DNA of 46,247 nucleotides from Octopus bimaculoides. Lineage: Eukaryota. The notes beneath the pieces are model-generated. The model was not told where the DNA came from and did not search any database. It saw only the letters and a list, made by a program, of their open reading frames with translations. Made by a program: the position numbers and the translations under genes. Shown here in pieces: positions 39,147 to 46,247 of this stretch. The stretch is from positions 123,207,572-123,253,818 of the forward strand of contig NC_068985.1 in assembly GCF_001194135.2 (NCBI RefSeq), given 5' to 3'. Numbering within the stretch: position 1 is the stretch's first letter; each line of letters begins with the position of its first letter.

Positions 39147-39851
39147 TGTCGGGGCTGAGCAATTCTTTTTGCTGCTTCGTATTGACATAAAGGCACCATT
39201 TTTCATCCCCAGTGACAAGAAAATGCTGTTTGTGATCATGTGTTGAGCAACGTCGAGCCAGCAAACTGGCAGCGATTGCGGCGTTAATTATTGTTGTTTT
39301 CACTCAAAGTGTATGGCATCTAAGTGCCGAATTTCTGAACCTTGCACATTGAATGAAGGTAGTTCACCACAGTTGTTTTCTTTTTATCACAATCTATTTG
39401 CTCCGCCAATTCTCTTGACGTGGAATTTCGTGAAGAAGTCGATTCAATCGTTCTTCATTCAACTCAATAGATCGACCGGTGTGTGATCTGTTCTTGAGGT
39501 TAAATTTCCTATTTTTGAAGAGCGAAAATCAACGTCGGGCGATTCTTTGAGGAATCACTCCTCCTTACACAACACAAATCTCACGAGCAGCTTCGGCAGA
39601 TTCAACGCCTCGATTAAATGCAAAAAGTAAATGGTGTCAAAAGTGTTCAGTTTTGTTCACTTCACATTTCATTTTAATGAACTGAAAATACACAAAAATA
39701 ATAAAATTAGAAAATCAAAACTCACTATCTTGTACAGTAAAAAAATTCTCTTTTAAATAGCACAAAACATTTTTCCAATGCGTTTTATTTTTGAGTGCCT
39801 TTTTAAATTTAAAAATAAAAAAATGCTCATGAATTATTCCTCAACCCAATA
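39147..39851 (-). mobile_element. mariner transposon 5' half (pseudogene)
   Basis: TIR tattgggttgaggaataattcatgagcatttt; ATG at 39672; LLFAFNRG..AAREIC..TGRSIE..SLLARR..LVTGDEKWCLYVN. Truncated at a microsatellite. Confidence 0.9.
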
Positions 39852-39939
39852 TATACCTATATATATAAACATATATGTACGTGTATATATATATATATGC
39901 ATATATACATATGTCTGTAAGTGTATATGTATATATATA

Positions 39940-40103
39940 GGCGCAGGAGTGGCTATGTGGTAAGTAGTTTGCTTACCAACCACATGGTTCCGGGTTCAGT
40001 CCCACTGCGTAGCATCTTGGGCAAGTGTCTTCTACTATAGCCTCGGGCCAACCAGAGCCTTGTGAGTGGATTTGGTAGACGGAAACTGAAAGAAGCCCGT
40101 CGT
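39940..40103 (+). mobile_element. SINE family A 5' part, ending in (TA)n and a gap
   Basis: ggcgcaggagtggctatgtggtaag..ggttcagtccc..gacggaaactgaaagaagcccgtcg. Confidence 0.9.
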
Positions 40104-40110
40104 ATATATG

Positions 40111-40147
<37 letters not shown>

Positions 40148-40731
40148 NNNNNNNNNNNNNNNNNNNNNNNNNNNNNNNNNNNNNNNNNNNNNNNNNNNNN
40201 NNNNNNNNNNNNNNNNNNNNNNNNNNNNNNNNNNNNNNNNNNNNNNNNNNNNNNNNNNNNNNNNNNNNNNNNNNNNNNNNNNNNNNNNNNNNNNNNNNNN
40301 NNNNNNNNNNNNNNNNNNNNNNNNNNNNNNNNNNNNNNNNNNNNNNNNNNNNNNNNNNNNNNNNNNNNNNNNNNNNNNNNNNNNNNNNNNNNNNNNNNNN
40401 NNNNNNNNNNNNNNNNNNNNNNNNNNNNNNNNNNNNNNNNNNNNTATATATATATACCTCTCGTTTATTCAAATAATCAAGCTATCAAAACCATTCTTCT
40501 ATAGAGGACGACACTGTACTCTTTATTTACCATTTCTCATTTTCTTTCGTAACTCATCATTAGCTCCGTGCATTCTTTTTCTTCTTTCCTACCCTCCATT
40601 CCTACGCACACATCTCTTTCACTTGTTGACTTAAGCACTTTTTAGCTTTTTCCTCTTACTGATTTCCTTAGTTCTGTGCTTTTTCTCGCATTCACTCTAT
40701 GTCTCTCTTTTTCTCTCTATTTATCCATTTA

Positions 40732-40732
<1 letters not shown>

Positions 40733-40817
<85 letters not shown>

Positions 40818-40830
40818 CACACACACACAC
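40733..40830. repeat. (CA)n microsatellite
   Basis: Read directly from the sequence. Confidence 0.95.
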
Positions 40831-41125
40831 ATCTACATGTAGTTGAATGATATTTTTATAATCATAAAACATATAACATTAAAAATTGGGAACAATAACT
40901 GAAAAAATAGAAACTACAGCTGTAGAGTCAGGCGCATTTAATAATTCAGGGATCATTCGTATAACTACCGGTGAAACTTTGAAGTCACTATCAATACAAT
41001 TATTTAAAATACACCCATACACACAAGCACGCGTGCGCACGAAAACATTCCTGCACGCACATACACACATCTAAATGTAAGTGTGCATGTATCTCCTTGT
41101 GTGTCCCTGTCTACCTATTTGTCTG

Positions 41126-41176
<51 letters not shown>

Positions 41177-41583
41177 GTCTATCTTGCTTTCTTTTCCTTT
41201 CCTAATCGTAGCATATTATCTATTTCCTTTCTTATCTGTTTTTTTCAGTTTTTTTACTCTTTTTGCTAATCACGTTTTACACTGCCATTTTGCTATTTTT
41301 CGCGCGTCCAGCTTCAGTTATTATGAAATGCCTGTCATAAGTTTTTACTTATAGAATCAAGATCTGTTCTTGACCGTGTCAATAGAATGTCATATCAATG
41401 AGATTGACGTTTTCACAACCCCACCAGCGAATCTATACTGTCTCTAGGTTACGAAAGTACTGCGTAGTTTATAAGTTTTCCTGCTTCCTTGCAGGCATTG
41501 AGTTTAAAACTAAGTCTTCAAGTGTTCAATAATATATGTGCATGCGGGCGGGTGCATGTGTGTTTGCGTGTGTGTGTGAGTGT

Positions 41584-41627
<44 letters not shown>

Positions 41628-42349
41628 GTGTGTACCTGTTTGTATGTAACTATGTGTATAGTTACATACATACATATATATATCACCAAAGACTCTTCCC
41701 CTGTTTCTATCTCTATCTCTCTCCTATTTTTCTATACTGTTAAAGAATAAAATAGAAAAATCGAACGTATTTAAGTGTAATTCTGAGGCTTTTCTCTCTC
41801 TGTCTCTATCTCTTCCCTTCCGTCATTATTCCTCTGATAAAAGGGGGAAAAGGAAAAGAAAAATCAAACGTATTTAATTTTTTAATTTTTGAATGACATT
41901 ACATGAGATAATTTCAAGATCATGCGTTATAAAGCGCTGAAGAACCCAAACAAGGGCAAAATGATGCTGTGGATTGCATGCTTTCTACAACTACTGGATT
42001 ATCAAAAAGGTGAATTACATGGAAATATGGAAATATTATATTCTCTTTCCCTCTTTTCGCTTGCAGGAAAAAAAGATATCTCAAAGCAGAAAAGAAATAT
42101 AAACATAGAGGCGTTTTCACCTATTGAGAAGGATAGTTACCCTCTCTCTCTTATCTCATTGTAATCACGCTCTCCCTCTCTTTCCATAAGAAACGATGAA
42201 GCAGCAGCAGCAGCAGCAGCAGCAGTATCAATTACCAGCTAAATGACCAGGTATATGTGTGTGTATATGTATGTATATTTATGAATAAGTACATCTATGT
42301 ATGTATCTGTGTGTGTGTACGTATGTATGTATGTATGTATGTATGTATG

Positions 42350-42392
<43 letters not shown>

Positions 42393-42879
42393 CTTCAAAA
42401 ATTAGGGAATGAAGTAGATAAAATTCAGGTTACATATGTTATATATAGGTTACATTAGATATATATGTTACATATAGGTTACAGTAGATAAAATCCAGGT
42501 TACATAGGTAGCGGAACCTCGGAGGTAGTAATTATCGAAACGAGAGGTAGTCCACAAGCTACTCTGCAGGCCAAAGATACCTTTATTACTTTATTATATG
42601 AAGTTTACATTGTCGTTAGGAGATCCTGTGTTAACTCGCAGGGGATTCAATCGAAACACATATGTACANNNNNNNNNNNNNNNNNNNNNNNNNNNNNNNN
42701 NNNNNNNNNNNNNNNNNNNNNNNNNNNNNNNNNNNNNNNNNNNNNNNNNNNNNNNNNNNNNNNNNNNNNATATATATATATATACATTTAAAGATTTTAA
42801 ATATAGGGTAAAAATTAAATATTATTTTTTTTTACCAGCGGCCAGCATGAGTAAAAATTCTGTAAACAGCAAATATCAT

Positions 42880-43027
42880 TAAGTGGTTCCCCAACACGCT
42901 AGAAATGGGAGTTAAATCCCAAACCATCAAGCAGCTATTCTTATTTTGGAACATTGAAAAAAATAAGAATAGCGTTTTCGTGGTTTGGGATTTAACTCCC
43001 ATTTTTAATGTGATGGAAGACCACTTA
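42880..43027. repeat. ~148-nt imperfect palindrome (MITE-like hairpin)
   Basis: Perfect 24-bp stem 42903-42926 with 42981-43004, perfect 14-bp stem 42934-42947 with 42960-42973, and outer taagtggt/accactta pairing. Confidence 0.85.
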
Positions 43028-43065
43028 GTGACTTTCCCTCAGTGTATAAATAATCTTACACACAC

Positions 43066-43096
<31 letters not shown>

Positions 43097-44539
43097 TGCA
43101 CACACACATACATACATATACATATATATATATATATGCATGTATATATGTATATGTATGTATGTGTTTTAAATGGCTTATAACACCTTCCACGATGCAA
43201 TTGTTTTTGTTTCAGCACATGATCTCAGACCAAGTCACTTGCTATGCATGTACATCTCCGTAATATATGTATACTAATACACCTGCTTGTTGTTTATATA
43301 CCTGTCTTCGTCTTTTGTTTTTCTGTAAATTTCAACTATATATTTATGTAAAGGATTCTGGAAAGAATCGGGTACTCAAATGTTATCAAATCTAATGCTA
43401 TTATCTTTGATTTCTCGGATTTTCGGGGCTAAAGAAGTTCTGCTTGCCCTATGTATTAATTTGAAGGATGATAAATGGTTGCGAAAGTGTTGCTTCAGAT
43501 TTACGGAGCAGCCTGCATAAACATACGTATTCGTGTCAGTCACCACATTCCACATATAAACTAAATTTTCTGCCATACGTCGACCGGAAGTCAGACATGA
43601 GTCTTTATCCAAACAGTCGCATCGAGTTTTTGTTTTGTCATGACATTATTATTATTACGGGTGGGCCTTCTTGTCACTGTAAGCCCAATGGGGTCGAGGG
43701 TCAGGTAGTTATTAATGTTCATATAGCTACTCCTAGGAGTAATGGGCCCGTTAGTAAGGCACTTATCATTACTATTATTTGCTAAATACTCTCCTTCTCA
43801 TATCCAGTAATAGCAAAGTTATCCCAGAGAGAACGAGTGAAAAAAAACTAGAAAATTCTTCCGTAATTATAACCTTGACCTTAGTTTCGAACAAGGAACT
43901 AAAATCGCTAATTTCTTGTCACATTAAACCTTAAATCGAGATTATCTCTGTAATATAAATGAAGAGTAGTACCCTAATAATAGTACTTGATTTTTCTCTG
44001 CATGACTTATATTTATAATAAAAACAATTCAGTTTCAGGTGAATACCTATTTCTCTTATAAGCATATTTGTATACCATCTATATTGCATTTGTATTTATA
44101 TTTAACCTCCTACCTTATATTTCTTTACCAGGAAAAAAAACATTCGTACATGATATAGTCATTCTACAATTATTAGACCTAATCATCATTGTTCAAATGA
44201 AATCCTCTCCCTCCATAACCACCATCTCCTGGTTTACCCCATATTCTGAACGATATCTCGTCCCGTCTCTCTTCGAAACTTAACCTTTAACAGGGGTATG
44301 CTGCCCTCATATCTGTACTTAATTGCCACTATTTCCTTTGCCGCGAATTCACTTCTAGCTATTCATCTCTCTAACCCCAGGGTGATAACACGAATAACAG
44401 TAAAACACATAAAAAATACATGTATTATTACCTACACTTCATTTCTAGTCGTTGATAACGAACCACTTAATTGTCTCCAACCTACATCCAAACCGGCCAC
44501 TCGCTAGATTGGTGACCGTGCATCTCATCTTACCCCCAC

Positions 44540-44990
44540 CTCACAACACCATAACAAATAGAATCAATCTACCCAACACTTCCAACACCAACACCAACAC
44601 CAACACTAACACCACTACCACCACCAACAACACCACTATCCAACACTACCATCAACACCATGAACACCATCACGGCCATTGCCTCTGTCCCCTTCACCAT
44701 AAGTATTACCACCAAAAATGCGAACAATCTATTAATTTCTAAACTGATTCCGAGGAGAAATCTTATATCTTCAATAAATTGCAGCATCATAGTATCTACA
44801 ATAACTAATACTATTGCCACTAAACTCATCCCTATAGCAACTATCATTACCACCACCACTACCAGCATCACCTCCACCGCTACCGCTGCCACAACCGATG
44901 TTAAAAACGAAACCTCAAATCCTTTTGCAACCTTATCTCCCCTCCCCTCTCTACGTAAACCACTATCCACACCACCATCCCCACTATGCT
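44540..44990. repeat. (ACC)/(AAC)-rich cryptic simple-sequence region
   Basis: caacac/accact repeats give Thr/Asn/His-rich and Val-rich spurious ORFs on both strands. Confidence 0.7.
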
Positions 44991-45039
44991 AGAAACATAT
45001 TGTTTCTAGCGTAGGTATAAGGCTTAAAATCTAAGAAAT

Positions 45040-45200
45040 GAATTAATCGATTAAGTCACCCCCAGTACTTGACTAGAAATTTATTTTATCGATCTCGGGA
45101 TGATAAAAGGTTAGGTCGACTTTGGTTGGAGCTTTTGAAATCAGAACATAAAGACACGGAACAAATGTTACAAAACATCTTTTTGACGATTCTATAAGTC
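45040..45200 (-). mobile_element. SINE family B, degenerate
   Basis: cagtacttgactag..ttttatcgatctcgggatgataaaagg..gtcgac. Confidence 0.55.
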
Positions 45201-45466
45201 CACCGAGTTATTGACATTACACTTTAAAGCCAATATCTGTTACTTCCTTTTCACAGCAACCATCACATCACTGCAGGTATCATAATCAGAATTACTGTCA
45301 TAATATTCTTTTCTTCATAAGACTTGTATATCAACTACCACAACAAAACCACACCACTACACCAACCTACTCCTCCACCAACTCCGAAAAGCGGATAAAA
45401 AATGGAAAACAAACAAAATCTATTAAATAAAAATATAAACAATATTATTTTTTTTATTCTCATTCA

Positions 45467-45672
45467 AGGTGGCGAGTTGGTTGAATCATTAGCACGCCGA
45501 GTAAAATGCTTACCGGCATTTCGTCCCTCTGCACGCTCTCAGTTCAAATTCCGCCGAGGTTGACTTTGCTTTCATCCCTTTCGGAGTCGATAAAATAGGT
45601 ACTAAGTAGTTGAGTACTGGAGTCGATATAATTGACTCCGAAATTGCTGGCCTTGTGCCAAACCTTGAAATC
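45467..45672 (+). mobile_element. tRNA-derived SINE family B
   Basis: ggtggcgagttggttgaatcattagcacgcc, cagttcaaattccgccgagg, aaattgctggccttgtgcca. Confidence 0.85.
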
Positions 45673-45825
45673 ATTACTACATTCTCATTCCCATCTTATA
45701 AAAGTCTAAGGTCAAGTTCAATCATCATTTTACAACTTGTTATAGTATTTCGTTCTAAATATCAGTTTCTTAAAAGTGGTAACCCAGTACAAAAGACGAC
45801 GATAATAATGGTAATAGATTTTAAC

Positions 45826-46080
45826 AATGGCACAAGGCCAGCAATTTCGGGGGAGGGGGTAAGTCGATTACATCGTCCTCAGTAATCAACTGATACTTAT
45901 TTTACCGCCCTCGAAAGGATGAAAAGCGAAGTCGACCTCAGCGAAGTCGACCTCAGCGAAGTCGACCTCAGCGAAGTCGACCTCAGCGAAGTCGACCTCA
46001 GCGAAGTCGACCTAAAGACGAACGAAATGCTGCTAATAATTTCGTCCGTAGTTCTAACGATTCTGTCAGCTCGCTACCTT
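45826..46080 (-). mobile_element. SINE family B with internal minisatellite
   Basis: tggcacaaggccagcaattt tail and aacgattctgtcagctcgctacct head in reverse orientation. Confidence 0.85.
45926..46013 (+). repeat. 15-bp perfect minisatellite gcgaagtcgacctca, five full copies plus a 13-bp partial
   Basis: Units start at 45926, 45941, 45956, 45971, 45986 and 46001. Confidence 0.97.
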
Positions 46081-46082
46081 AG

Positions 46083-46108
46083 ATAATAATAATAACAACA
46101 ACAACAAC

Positions 46109-46186
<78 letters not shown>

Positions 46187-46216
46187 AAGAAGAAGAAGAA
46201 GAAGAAGAAGAAGAAG

Positions 46217-46247
<31 letters not shown>
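46083..46247. repeat. Compound (AAT)n(AAC)n(AAT)n(AAG)n(AAC)n microsatellite
   Basis: Read directly from the sequence. Confidence 0.97.

Noticed and set aside
41937-41965. CTGAAGA-aCCC(aaacaa)GGGc-AAAA hammerhead-like motif
   Set aside because: It lacks the essential GAAA and has no helix I or III.
42420-42510. Interstitial telomeric repeat
   Set aside because: The motifs are ggttaca/gttacata, not tandem TTAGGG or TTAGG.
44452-44992. Thr-, His- and Val-rich ORFs resembling mucin-like proteins
   Set aside because: They overlap in several frames and on both strands of an (ACC)/(AAC) simple-sequence region, with no domain or splice support.
45926-46013. CRISPR-like regular repeats
   Set aside because: Head-to-tail 15-mers with no spacers, in a eukaryotic SINE, with no cas genes.

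Overview
AT-rich, microsatellite-saturated eukaryotic scaffold with eleven N-gaps. The SINE families, simple-repeat load and transposon relics resemble an octopus or other coleoid cephalopod genome (inference). No intact host protein-coding gene was found, so the window looks intronic or intergenic. It holds two tRNA-derived SINE families in many copies, DNA-transposon relics (Tc1, mariner, maT-like, MITEs), LINE reverse-transcriptase relics, two Penelope-like element (PLE) relics with GIY-YIG endonuclease motifs, and several foldback structures. The most notable signal is a set of type I hammerhead-ribozyme (HHR) motifs in four or five unrelated repeat families. One lies inside a tRNA-headed SINE-like insertion with an 11-bp target-site duplication and an inverted tail. 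That insertion sits in a ~1.7-kb head-to-head array of a 482-bp unit carrying its own HHR-like motif with an extra insert. Ribozyme activity is predicted from sequence only.
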